Shown here: one piece after another, positions 50,595 to 63,253 of the stretch
How positions within the stretch are numbered: position 1 is the first letter of the stretch
How the letters are laid out: every line of letters begins with the position of its first letter
Assembly: GCA_046563655.1 (NCBI GenBank)
Contig: CM102289.1
Location: 8,928,001 to 8,992,000 of the forward strand
Direction: 5' to 3'
Source of the DNA: Yuukianura sp. NJ FZ-2021
Taxonomy: Eukaryota
Length of the DNA stretch: 64,000 bases
Notes under the pieces: model-generated
Told to the model about the DNA's origin: nothing
Seen by the model: only the letters and a program-made list of their open reading frames with translations
Databases searched by the model: none
Program-made: the position numbers and the translations under genes

Positions 50595-50830
50595 TCACTC
50601 AAACGCAAAATTTTAACATCAACATTCACCCAAACGCAAAAATTTAACATCAACATTCACCCAAACGCAAATTGTAGCATCAACATTCACCCATAAGCAG
50701 AATTTTTGCATCAACTTTTTCTAAAACGCAAAATTTCAAAGTCATAACTTTCCTTCAAAGGCAAATTTTAACGTCACCTTTCACTCAAACATAAAACTTT
50801 AACATTAGATTTTACTCAAACGCCGAAGTT
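50595..50830. repeat. Degenerate ~31-bp tandem repeat, ~7-8 copies
   Basis: CAC(T/C)CAAACGCAAAATTTTAACATCAACATT-like units. Confidence 0.7.
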
Positions 50831-52943
50831 TAGGGTCAAAATTTACCGAAAGGCCAAGTTTTTTTTTTCGCCAACTTTCACCAAGATTTTTTTTTCTATT
50901 TTTCTTTCATTCAAAGTACTCCGACTCAAAGCAAATTTTAAAAAATCTGACAAGTGTTTTTCATCAAAATTAATTTTTGTTAAAACTTTTGCTAAGTTTT
51001 GAAAATTTACGAAAATTTTTGGCACACTTCAAGACTACTTCGATCGATTTTGAATTAGAATAGGCTGGAAGAGCATATTAAAAATAAAGTTGAGGAAAGT
51101 TTTGGTCAACTTTTCAACATTCGGACTAAATTGTTTTGATCCTGATTGACTTTTTTGAGCCACAGAAACAAAACATACCAAAAATTAATTTCCATGAAAA
51201 TACCCCAAACTTTTCAAATTTGTTTTCCACTTTCTCTTTTGTAAAAATTGTTTGTATGCGTGTGTTATTCAAATGTACTTTCTCCTGAAAAGATCTCACC
51301 GCGGAAAGTCGGAAGATGAATAGGATGAAAGGCTCTTCCGTTCATCCGTTTTGTCCTAAAATAAACTTTTTAGTTTTGGCAGGAGAATTGGGGGCTCCGA
51401 AGGGAGAAAGCGGAAGAAAGGCCCAATTTCTGCCTTGGCGCTTTCACTTTTGCTTTCTCCGGCAAACTTTTAATGTTACCTTGTTAGGCCCAGGGAGAGA
51501 CCAAATCCGTTTAAATGTTTAACTTTTCCCTCCATAGCTTTCTCCTTCTATCTTTCTAACGTTTGGCGCTTCTTGGAATTAAGGCTTCCCTTGTGTGTAC
51601 CCATAGAATATGGATTTTGGATTCACAAACTACGAACTGCTGCTACTTTTAGATCTTCTGGAAGGTTGAAAATGGACAAACGGCAGTTTAAGGCAACACA
51701 TCCATCAGTCAGGCTTTGACTCCTCTCGCTTTTCCTTTTATTACCAAAAGGTTAACGGAAATTGATGACTTCCAGCTTCTCCAACTTTCACCTGATGCCA
51801 TTAACTCACACTTTCTCTTTTTTGTCTCGAATTGCATCAATTCTTTTCTTTCTTGCTTTGTTTCCTACTCTGCTTAATCAAATTCAAATCGAGGTCAAAG
51901 GTCATGTTACAAATGATACGGAAAAGAAAACCCAACTACACTCGGAGGAAAACTAAGATTGAATAGCTGCTCCTCCTGGTTGAATGATTGCTCAATTTAT
52001 CAAATCAAAATTTTACAATAGGAACCCAATATTTCTCGAAAATTCTTTTTAAAATTAAGTGTCTTTTTACGGTTTTCTAAAAAAATGCTTTGTGTGTTGT
52101 TTAAAAAGATCCAAGCAATTTCTCAAAAAATTATATCATTCATTACTGCGAAATTTCAATCTAGCAACTGTCTACCGTTAAAAAAGATTTTCTGATTGTT
52201 AAAATTTTTCTTTGAATTTTGGTTTCTCTTTAAAAGTTCTACAGCCTGTTACACACTTTATGAAACTCGGTTTACGCTTTTCAAATTTTCCCCCTTTCTC
52301 TATTCTGTATGAGAAAAATGATTTGTCAAATGAACCAAATTATTTCCACTGGATAATTTTGCACTCGAATCTAATAGAATTGAACTCAAAAGGTGAGAAA
52401 GTTCTAAAAAAAGAAAAATGCACATAAATAGATCAATGAATTTTTTAAAATTCATAATCTGATTACAGTTTCAGAAACAGTAAGGTCATTAGAATTTCAT
52501 ATTATGTGTTTTTGTTTACCTGTGGTTTTCAAAATTTTTACAAAATTTGTTTGTAGAAAATATAATTAAAGGTTAATTTTTTGCATCCCAATTAAACGTT
52601 TACACGATTTCCTTGTTCCTGTTAGCCACAAATGTTGATTAATTACATTTTTATTAATTAATTATTTAACTATTTTGATTTGACTAAGTTGTTTTTATTT
52701 ATAAACGTTGTATTTAAAAAACTTAGAATCTGATTAAGTTTCAGGATGTCAAATCTTCGTAATTAAGGGTTTGCAAATAAGTGGTAATTGTTTCCTTTAG
52801 TTGTGGTTTATCCAGTATTTTCTTCACTCACTCGAGACGTCAAATTGTAAACCAGGGAAATTAAATGATAAAACCAACTAATTATCACAATAAGTTCGCA
52901 GAAAGGAGATTGTTCCGCAAGTGTGCAAATAAATCACTTCAAA

Positions 52944-55732
52944 ATGTATCTGTTTCGAGTATTGTCACTTTGGGGTTTCATTTTTAACTCACTTCATTCA
53001 CTTGCTGACGGAAGATTGAGAATCACGGAGGTAAGAAAAATCATCAAAATCAAGTTTTTCATCTTTTAAAATTTCACATTTTTAGAAATAAAAATATTAA
53101 AATTAGTTTTAAAGTACAACTTTACCACAGGATAAATTGTACCTTGTTGGTAACGACAGTCAAATGGAAATTTTCAACGAACAGCGACTGAGCAATGAAC
53201 AACGTCTGAGGTTCGGAATGAACGAAACAGAGTGCACATTACGTGAACTCACATTAGTGTACGTCCAAATTTATCGCAGTGCGCTTTTGAAGTATTTTGG
53301 AAATTGTCAGAAGCTAACTAGCATAAAGTTCAGGAATGTTCGTTGGCATTGGGATTTGAGTAAAAAAGAGTTGCGACAGTTGATATATCTTCCAAATTTG
53401 GAAACGTATTGGTATAGACTCGACGCCAATTCCGCTCGATGGAATGGAGCAGACGATGTGGAATCGGTGGTTTTCTTCTACGTAGATTCTGGACATATGA
53501 ATTCTGGTTGGAATTCACTTCCATCAGTTAAGGACCTCTGGATTAAAGGGTACATTGAATCGGATCGATATTTGGACCTGACAGAAACTGAAATAATTGC
53601 AAAGAACATCCGAGACCAAAGAACTTGGAAATTGCTTTATGGTATGCTACCAAATGCGAAGACAGTAGAAATAGAAGAGTGCTTGCTCAACGTACAGTTT
53701 CTGGAGTTCAGGTCAGCAACATATTTGAAGTTGAAAAATAACGATCTCATTGACGGAAATATGGCACAAATTCTGAATCGATCGTCAATATTAATGGAAA
53801 AACTTTGGATCTATGCCGCGGAAGATGAAGCTGTCGATATAGCTCTTCTCCCCGAAAAACTTGTTTATCTTCATACCAGCCGCCTCAGTTTCCGTTGGAG
53901 CTCTGTGATACCACCAGTTCGAAACCTCCCTCACATGAAAAGATTAGTAGTCAAATATGGTGACCTTGACCCTAACCTTCTAAACACCACGATGGTACAG
54001 GTTCTGGGCATAGAAAACACCCTTCTATGGAACACCACTGTCGCTAGCATTGTAGCAAATATGACCAACTTAGACAGCCTGAGTATAGGATGTCAACATT
54101 TTGACGGAGTGTGCCCTTCCGTGGCACTCGATACCATTTCCCATCTTCCGCTAGATTGGGTCCTCTTACAAGATGTATACGTTTCAATGGGACAGAAACA
54201 AAAACCATTACCAAATATTACATATTTAGGTTTGTTCAGATGTGAGTTGGATCCTGTATTGTTAGAAAAGTTTGATGTTTCATTTCCAAAATTAAGCCTC
54301 ATTGGCATAGAAATTGGAGATGCTTTGTCAGGATCATTACTACAAACCCTAATTGCAATACCGCATTTGGAAATAATAGAAATTATTGTTCCAATTGATA
54401 CGGTTCCGGAAAAAATTCAAGCGCTTACACACCGTATACAACAAGAATTGAATGTGTCGTTGCCCCAGTTTACAATGACTGGGTTCATTGTTGGACTCAT
54501 GCGAACAAACTCTTCTGCTGGATTTGCCCACAACTATACATTGCAGCTGGGCAGTGACAATCTAGCTAACGTACAGTACAAAGACAGCCGGATTGCGACT
54601 CTCTTGAAGCACTACGGATACTCTCTGAAAGATTTCAAACCAGAGACTATAGTCCTGGTCTGCACGTTCCATAGATACTATATCTATGCTCTATGCTGCA
54701 CTGGAATTGCTTGTAACCTCTTGAGCATTCTAGTACTACTGCGCAAAGTCATGCGAAGTTCTACCAGCATACTACTACAGGCGCTTGGTTTCGCAGACTC
54801 GTTATATCTCCTCACGTCGTTTTCTACCGTACAAGAGTTCCAAAATTTGTTTCAGTTTAAACTACAGCGATCTCATTTGCACGGTTACCTTGCTTATCCA
54901 TTGAACAAAACAAGTAAGAAAAACTCTTTATAATAATAGTGGTTAAATTATTAAAATTTTTAAAAATTATTTAATGTAAAATCTTTAGTGTACACGGCCT
55001 CAGTGTACATGACGATTCTCATCACAGTGGAGAGGTTTGTAGCCATCTCAAAACCTCTTCAAGTGTCACTCATCTTCACAATAAAAAAGACAACTAGACG
55101 CGCAGTCGTAGTGTTTGGATGGGCGGCAATTTTAAACATCACAAGATGGTTTGAATTCATCAAATGGAACTACGAAGCTTCTTCGCCCTATTGGAGTTCA
55201 AACTACCCAAAACAGCTACACAGATTCCCATTGTACAGACTTCTCTACCAGAAGCTTGTATGGTACACCTTCACCTACGTAATACCATTTGTCGCCATTG
55301 CAACCATCAACATAATGATTCTTTTCAAGGTATTCCAATCCCTAGCTTCTCATTGGCTGTTGAAACACAGTTTCTGGTTGGCTATCCAAACCTAACTGAT
55401 TGTGCTTAACTTAGGTCAAAAAGGCGGCTGAATCCAGACGAGCTGTAGCTGCAGGACAGCAGGATGCTGATGAGAAGTCTTTGACCAGAACGCTGTTGAC
55501 AGTAGTGTTTGTGTTCTTCGTGTGTAACTGCGTGAGTGCCATCATCAACTGGATCTTTGTTTCTAAGGGGGTGGAGCCAGAGGTGGCAGAAATATTTGCC
55601 TGTTTGCCAATCATTTTGAACTCTTCAGTCAACTTTCTCCTCTACTTCTTCATGGGCACAAAATTCAGAAAAGAATTCAAATGCATGATTGCAGAAATCA
55701 AAACCCGTGTTAGAAATTTGTGTCACCGCTGA
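52944..55732 (+). CDS. Class A GPCR with FMRFamide-receptor-like 7TM and a large N-terminal LRR-like ectodomain (~842 aa), 4 exons
   Basis: Exons 52944-53030 (signal peptide MYLFRVLSLWGFIFNSLHSLA), 53131-54913, 54989-55329, 55415-55732; phases consistent. 7TM motifs GIACNLLSILVL, LQALGFADSLYL, TASVYMTILITVERFVAISKPL, NITRWFE, YVIPF..IN, LNSSVNFLLYFFMGTKFRKEF. Confidence 0.88.
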
Positions 55733-57972
55733 AGTATTTTTTTAGAAAAAGAACCTTCACTTTTCAAAAACTTTTTACAAGTAACTTTAAGTGTGCTAAT
55801 TAAGTTAAAATGCTTAGAATCAGAAATGGGTAGCAAATACTCTTACTTTTATTTCACTTTAGACACTGCTTGAGAGTATGCACTTCATCTAAAAATGCCG
55901 GAATTATGTAACACAGTTAACATGTAACTATTTATTACTTTTGTCAACCCATAGAAATAAACGTGCTTTCTCCACCTTCACTGGTTTTCTTAATCTCGGT
56001 TGCTCCACTTTCAAAATCACTTTAATCAAATCAGGTTCTTCGAATCTTATTGTTTACCTTTTACAATCTAAAATTAGAACTCAAATTTGTTTCTGCTTTC
56101 TCTTTAGTCTCATCTACAAAATCTTCGGATTTCTAGAATTTCTAGATTCTCTGGAAATTCTAGAAAATCAAAAGGCTTGATTTGATTTGATTCGTTTTGT
56201 TTACTTTAGAAACTGGAAGGTTCCACTTTCTCCGATAATTAAAGGTAAGAGTCAGAGTGGATGTGAAGGACGCTTTAGTCAAGTAGTAGTCTATTCCTGT
56301 GACTATAACCATGACTAAAACTGTGTCGTAGACTATAACATTGACTGTGCCTGAGACTAAAAGTACTATAGACTATGGCCAGCAATAGTCTAAGTAATAA
56401 TGGAAGATCACGTTTCCAGTGTGGACGATATCGTAGTACTAAAGAGAGTGAAGAAATTGGATTTATTCTTGGAAGGTTCACTTGAACTTTCTCCTTTTGA
56501 GCTGGAACAGGGAGAAAGTGGAAGTACTTTTCCTTGAGTCCACTTAACGTATGTGTGTGTGTGTGCCTCCAATTTCAGGCTTAATTAATTGCTCTTCTGG
56601 GGGTAAATTACTTTTTGCTCTCCAAATAGACTTTGGAAGAGGGTGTTCCCTATATTTCATGGACTTTAACCTAACCTTAGCCTAACACTAACCTAACGCA
56701 TAACATTTAAGCGGATTCCTGGGAGTGGGAGAAAGTAGAAAGCAGTTAAGTGCATAAGTGGAGACAGTTTCATTAGTAGAGGAGTGAAAATTTACCCCTC
56801 ACTTTCTCTCTCTCGTTCAAATCGAAAATACAATTCGATTTAATTGTGTTGTTTTGTTTTCCAAAATCCATTTCTATACTCAATCCAACACTTAAATCCT
56901 TCCCTCCTTCACTCCCTCATACCAAAACGTACCAGAACGTACCAGAGGTGAACCAAAACCAAATGTGGTTTAGAGCAATACAGAAACGCCCCCCATACGC
57001 ACTGGAGTGAAAGATTTAAATTAAAAGGGGCTGGAAGCTACTGTAGGGACTGAAAAGATTACAAATTACAAAGCAGCTTTCACTTTTTGAAAAAATTTTG
57101 GCGGGAAAGTTTAGTGCTGAGGAACACGGAATTTTTAATTGAAACCATGTAAATCCCCAGGAACTCCTCCAGTGGAAACTGTTTAATGCTTCAACCGTTT
57201 TTAACTCAAAAGTTCTCAAGTTACGCTCCGCGGTTTTCTGGGTTTCGTGTCTAAAACTTCAAAAGTTGTGCGTAAGATGAGTAGTTTCCTACGCGTTGGA
57301 ATTCTAAATTTTTGCATGTTTGCGTCTTTGAATACTAAACTGTGTCAAAAACTTGCTTGCGTCAAGTAAATTTTAAAAATGAAAGGGAAAAAATAAAAAT
57401 GAAAAAGTTTAGTCAACAGAATTTGCACTGTCAGCGAAAATTTTGATAACTTTGGCATATTGTTGCGGAAAAAAAGTTGAGGTAAATAATTAAACTTTGA
57501 TTAAAACTTGGTGAAGTTTTATGCGACTATCGATCAAGTTTTATATGAAGTGAGAAGTCAAGTTTAAACCAAACTTAGGTTGAAACGCAGGAAACTAGAA
57601 AAAAGTTTGAAAAAAAAGTGCCACAGCACGTTGTTAAGTTTTTAGCTTAAAGTTTGCTTATGTTTCCAACTTTTTTATTCCTTTTTTGGAAAAATCAAAG
57701 TTTCAGGATTCCAAACTTTTAGTTTTTACCACCGATTGACAAATTGTGAAGAATATGAGAGGCTAAATTGAAACTAAAAAAAATTTTCAAGAGTAAAACT
57801 TTCACCAAAATTTAACATCAAACTTTTCCTTCCGTTCCTTGGAAACTTATGGTGCGTAACTTCCTGGGACTGTTCAAAATTGAGCAGCAAAGGAACAAGA
57901 TTTCGTGTTTTAAGGTCATAAATAAAAGAAACTGAGGTTTGTCTTCACACGCATGTTAGACTACCGAAAATA

Positions 57973-58091
57973 CCGTAAACTTCCAAATAGTGTCCCCAAG
58001 GTACCAATTCATCCGTGCACCATTGGCGAAGCGGCACTAATAGGAACATGAGGTATTATTTCGAACTGGGCTACTATTTGAAGATTTACGG
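57973..58091. mobile_element. CCGTA-type MITE, TA target
   Basis: TA-CCGTAAACTTCCAAATAGT...ACTATTTGAAGATTTACGG-TA. Confidence 0.65.
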
Positions 58092-58135
58092 TACAAAAGA
58101 GTAGCGTTTGTTTAGATTCTGATCTAGTCGAAATA

Positions 58136-58249
58136 CCGCGAATCTTCCAATAGCACTCCCGGGGTATCGTTTCTTGCACCTTTCTGGAATAGTATTACCG
58201 TAAGCATGGCGCCGTAGTTGGGAGTGGCGTACTATTTGAACATTTACGG
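58136..58249. mobile_element. CCGTA-type MITE (degenerate), TA target
   Basis: TA-CCGCGAATCTTCCAATAG...CTATTTGAACATTTACGG-TA, next to the 57973 copy. Confidence 0.55.
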
Positions 58250-61200
58250 TACTGCAAGTTAAGGCTGTGTTAGGCCTCACACTACCGAAAACGCATTTCC
58301 GTACACTGTTCTGCTTTGTGTCGATTTTTCGTGTCAACTTTGTATCCGGTTTCTCTGTTTTGGAAGTTTCGCGTTTGATTTCAAACGAAATTAAAGTAAA
58401 TTGGTTTCATTCTTTTAAGAAAAACGGACAGGAAGAAGGCGGGATTCGGTCTTTTGAAACCTAAAACTTGTACTTTCACCGAAAATTTTTACGGCGTGTT
58501 TTCTGTGTTTAACGGTCCTCAATTTAGATAACGAGGAGCAATTCTAAGAAAAGTTTTGACCATTTCTGAAAAACCCTTCCGTTTTTTGAACAAAAATTGC
58601 TGGTTTGAACAGATCCAATCATTTTGTAAATAAACGCTGAAATGACCAATTCTAAAGCTTTTAATCCTTGGAGTTTTAAACCTGAAAGTAGAAGTTCTTT
58701 GACGCCGATTCCAAAAAGTTTCAAAAAGCACAAAACTGAAAAAAAACGAGACTTTTCCTCACAACTTTCAAGTTCTCAGCCAATTAACTTCCAAATTGTC
58801 GAAAAAACTAAAACTTTAAAAAAATGTCATGCCCTTAAGTACATGTTAGATTGAACAAGTCGTTTGAGCAACATAGTTTGAAAAACTCTTGTGCGTAGTA
58901 ACTAACAAGGCTTGTTAAGGTTAAAAACCTTACTTTTTTGAAAACCTAACCTTATTTGAAAACCTAACGTAACAACTCTGCTGAATGACAGAATACCTGT
59001 AGTTCCTTGAAAGTTTATGTAAAAAGTACTTTACTTTTGCTGACAACAAAAAACTACTATGCTTTTCCTTTCTGTTCGTCACGTAGTTTACTTTTTTACT
59101 ATCCAATTACATATTCCTTCCCGTTTTGGCCCATTTGCAAAAACCTTTTCAAAAACGAAAAAAGTTTTGTCAACAACTGAAAAATAAAATAGAAACGATT
59201 TTTGGTGTCTCTTTACTTCCAAATTGCGTGTTTACAAATGTAAAGGTATATGCGCTTTCTCCCATTTGTTCATAAATTCTATCATGCAATCCTGTTTTGA
59301 CTAACGAACTTGATCGAATTTCACATTTCCAAATTGAAATTGAAAACTAAAGTAAACCTAAATCCTAGGTGGATTAGCATACAAGAACAAAAAATCCCCC
59401 AAACTCAAAAAAGAAAATGAATTTTGTTTCAAAAATTTCAAAAACAGGAAAAATTTAAAGCAGGGGAGTAAAAATCGATTTGCCCAAAGAGCTTTCTAAA
59501 TTTTTTAACTACGGGGCTTCACAATGCAACGTAATTTCAAAAACTAAGAACAGACTTTTTTTGAAGGACATTTTTTAAAAAACAGTTTATCCATGTAAGA
59601 CCAAAGTGAAAGTTTTATTTTGTTTAGAGAAAGTCCATTTTCTTTTGTCATCTTCCTCAAAATCCCTCAGTTTACCTCAACTTTAGAGACTTTTTTAGAC
59701 AAAAAACCTGCTAAGATTGACTCCCTTTATATGCTACGCCCTTTTCTAAACAAAATTTTCAAACAAAACAAAATTTTGAAAGTAAATTCTTAATGAACTT
59801 TGAGCTAACTAAAGCTTTCTCCCTGCCCCTTTGCTTTCGCGTCCCGCCTAACTTATTGTGAAACAAACTTTGGAATTTAATATTCCTAAAACTTTTGATT
59901 CAGACGGTACAGATGGAACCCCAACGTTACAAACAAGGCTAATCCAACTTAGCCTAAGTTAAACTAACCTAATCCAAGTTTGCCTAACTTAAACTAACCA
60001 AATCTAAGTTTAGTTCCTACTGTATATACAGTAAGATCCATTAAGTATTCAGCTCTCTTCCTTCAAAATGTCGTTGTTTCAAAAACCAAATTACACAAAC
60101 ATCTTTCATATTCTCAAAATTTCATACGCTCAGGAATAACCAACTGTGACAGAGTAGAAACAAATTTTTTTAAAAAGTAAGAAAAAACTTTTTTTCAAAA
60201 GTTTCAAAAAAAGTAATGGAATACTTTTTTGAATAAAATTTTAAAGCGGAAATGTAGAGTTGGAGTTGTATAGAGCATTTTTGACACAAAATATTGATCA
60301 ATTTAAAAAATTTTAGTCGATTACCTGCGTTTTTTTAGTTGAAGTTGAACCAGTAGCAGCTTTAGGACAAAAATAGAAAAAGTGAAAGTAAATTGAAAAA
60401 GAATGACGACAAGTTTTTAAGTTTTAGGGAATTGTGCTGTGTAAAGTTGACAATGTCACAATGTCATGGCCCATGACATGGAACAAGACAAAACAAAAGA
60501 TGTCATGTGACACTAGAAGTGATTAAGATGGCGTCGTGATGAATGTTTTTGCTATTGTTTCTCTTCTGAAAGCAGCACAACTTGTGACCTCAGAATTCCC
60601 TGATGTGTGGGCAGGAGAAAGTAATCCATCTTCTTCAAAAGTGCTTTTTTTTTCAAAATACTTTTCAAAAAACACTCAAGCTTGAGCTGTCATGACGGTT
60701 TGAACAAGTTAAAAAAGAGAGTAATGTCTTGCTTTGTCTATTTTTTAAAAAACAGTTTGAACAGGAGACAGAAGTGCTTTCTCTCCAACCACTTCTTGAC
60801 GACTGCCACGAACCGACTTTCTCCCGCTTCCAGAATAACTCGGCATGTCACAAGCAGCATTTTTTTGGAACTCTTGCTGAAAATAAGTGTAGTACCTGCT
60901 GGAAGCATTTGAAATGCTTTTGCCATTGGGTTATTCCCGCCTTCCATTTTTTAGTACCAACAAATAACAAACAGACATTCAACAACAAAAAATTGACGTC
61001 GGTCTTCAAATATTTGAACAGAGATGGAAAAAAAACAGGGCGACTGAAAGAAAGTACTGAGGCGGTTTTGAATTGAAATGGAATTGGTTTTGAAAAGAAG
61101 GATTTACAAAATCCTTCATTTCAAATTTCAGAAATGGAGAAAAAGAAAACAAGAATTTCAGATTTGGTTTTTAAAGTAAACAACACTCTCTGTACTTTCA

Positions 61201-61587
61201 TTTTTTTTTGAAAACCACAGCCAAGGTTCATAAACAAACAAAAAAGTTTTTTTCTACACCAAGTTGTCCAATAACGCGTCATTTTTAATTTTGTTAAATA
61301 ATTTGCAAAATATGCCTCGCCGTGACTAATATGTCATGTTAATAGAAACTGGTGCAGAAAGTTTGAAGTAAGATTTTGGGAAACTCTGAGTTATTGGACA
61401 ACCTGTTGTAGGAAATACAATTTGATTGTCAAGGAACCTTGACGACAACCGATTTTAAAAATCTCCTAACAAAAAGCCTGCCAGCTTCTAATAAAACCAA
61501 CCCCAAACTTTTTTTTTTCAAGATTTTTGGAAAATTTTCATAAATTGTTGAAAAAAAATTTCGTATACGCGAATTGTACATTTTTAT

Positions 61588-62026
61588 TTAGCATGCTTTG
61601 TATGATCTGGTGACATCGTTGAAATCTACGTCATTGAGGTTCCAAATGCCAATGTCATTAGGTTCCAGCCGAATTGCTCTGCCTCTACAATAGATTTTGC
61701 TGTAAAGTATCACACAAGTATCGCTGCTCAAGTCAACTGAAGAAGCATGGTCATTCCAATTTTCTGGCAAATTTTGACAATTTGGTCTCACTGTGACACG
61801 AAGTCCAAGTCCCTCTTGGTTTTCGTGTTCGAACAACACAATGTCAGTGGACTCGGATGACACTAATTCCACTCCTGTCCAATAACATGACATTTCAAAA
61901 TTTCAAATAACATACAATTTTGAAAACGAATAAAAAAAATTTTCAATTGTTAAAGTTGTGTGCTAACGTCTTACCAAAAACGATGGAGATGACAATAGTT
62001 ACACAAAGATTTCTCCAGTTTGACAT
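61588..62026 (-). CDS. Small secreted beta/gamma-crystallin-like protein, copy 1 (~112 aa), 2 exons
   Basis: Exons 62026-61975 (hydrophobic MSNWRNLCVTIVISIVF) and 61874-61588. Two Greek-key-like motifs: LFEHENQEG...WNDHASSV and LYSKIYCRG...FNDVTRSY. Confidence 0.8.
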
Positions 62027-62416
62027 TTCGAACTTTCTTTCTCTTTTTTTATTATACTTTTTGTGTAAAAAGGCTGAAAATTTTTGACACGCACTTCTGC
62101 AAAATACGGTGGCTTAAAAAGTTATTTATAAGAGAAAAAGGTTCATGGTTAAGAGTAATTGAATTACCCGAATTTGTAGCAATTTGGACCAATTATGTTA
62201 CATTTACGTTAGTACTAATTACGTTCATTAAAGTTAATGAATTTAACGTTCACTTAAATCCTTGCGTCAAAAAACTAACCTCAATACATTGGCATTTCTA
62301 AAAACACAAAAACAAAGTTTTTTTTTATATTATATAAATAGAAATCTATTATATAAATAGAAAACGGGGGTTTTCTCTTTAACTAGAAAGCGGCGGATGA
62401 ACGAATCGTTTTTTGC

Positions 62417-62870
62417 TTATGCTGGAGACGGACATGCACGAAATGATCTGGCGACGTTGTTAAAGTGTACGTCGTTTAGATTTGACACTCCAAGGTCATT
62501 TGGTGAGAGTCTAAGAGTTTGACCTCTGCAAAAAACTTCGGAGGACAGGAGAATGCAGTCATCATTGTTGAGGTCAACTGAGGTCACGCGATTGCGCCAT
62601 TTCACGGGCAAGTTTCTGCAGTGTTCGTCCAAAAGAATTGGAAACCGAAGACCAGCGTATCCCTCGTTATCAAACAACATGATGATTTTCGAAGTTGTTC
62701 GACATGAAACGTGACCTGGGTCAAAGATAAAACCATATTTGTATAAATTTAGTCATTTCTAATGAATTATATATAATTATATATAAATTTAATCAATTCA
62801 ATTAATTTATGTTACCTGTTTCAATTAAGATCAACGTCATTGCAACTACAATAGTCCATGCAGTCGCCAT
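62417..62870 (-). CDS. Small secreted beta/gamma-crystallin-like protein, copy 2 (~117 aa), 2 exons
   Basis: Exons 62870-62816 (MATAWTIVVAMTLILIET) and 62715-62417. Paralogous to copy 1: CRNLP..WRNRVTSVDL..CILL..CRG..L.PNDLG..NLNDV.FN.V.RSF.AC. Same phase-1 intron after the signal peptide. Confidence 0.8.
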
Positions 62871-63253
62871 TTTGGGTCTAAAGACGAAAAATTTTCAAGC
62901 AATTTTGAATTATGGTGTGACAAATACAAAAAAATTGACATTTGTTGCACAAAAACTTGTTTTTGGTTTACAATATTGAGAAAGTATACGGAACTTATTA
63001 ACAAAATTTTGTGTCAAACTCAACTCAAAGTGTAAATTGAAACTGCGAGTTGCTTTAGTTAATACAAAACCTTAGGAAAAATTTCAAGGACGTCAAGCAC
63101 TACGTCGTCAAATGTTGTGCAAGGCGTCAAAACTTTTATACTTGACACTGATAAGCGATAAGACAAAAGTTTTAAGTTAGCCACTAAAGGAATTCTCATT
63201 TGTTTTAAGTTTTTCAATTTTTGCATTTCCAAAGATACAAGTTTTACGGTATT

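Noticed and set aside
52944..55732. Canonical LGR (glycoprotein hormone, bursicon or relaxin receptor)
   Set aside because: No FNPCED hinge or LDLa module, and TM7 NSSVNFLLY plus NITRWFE are FMRFaR-like.
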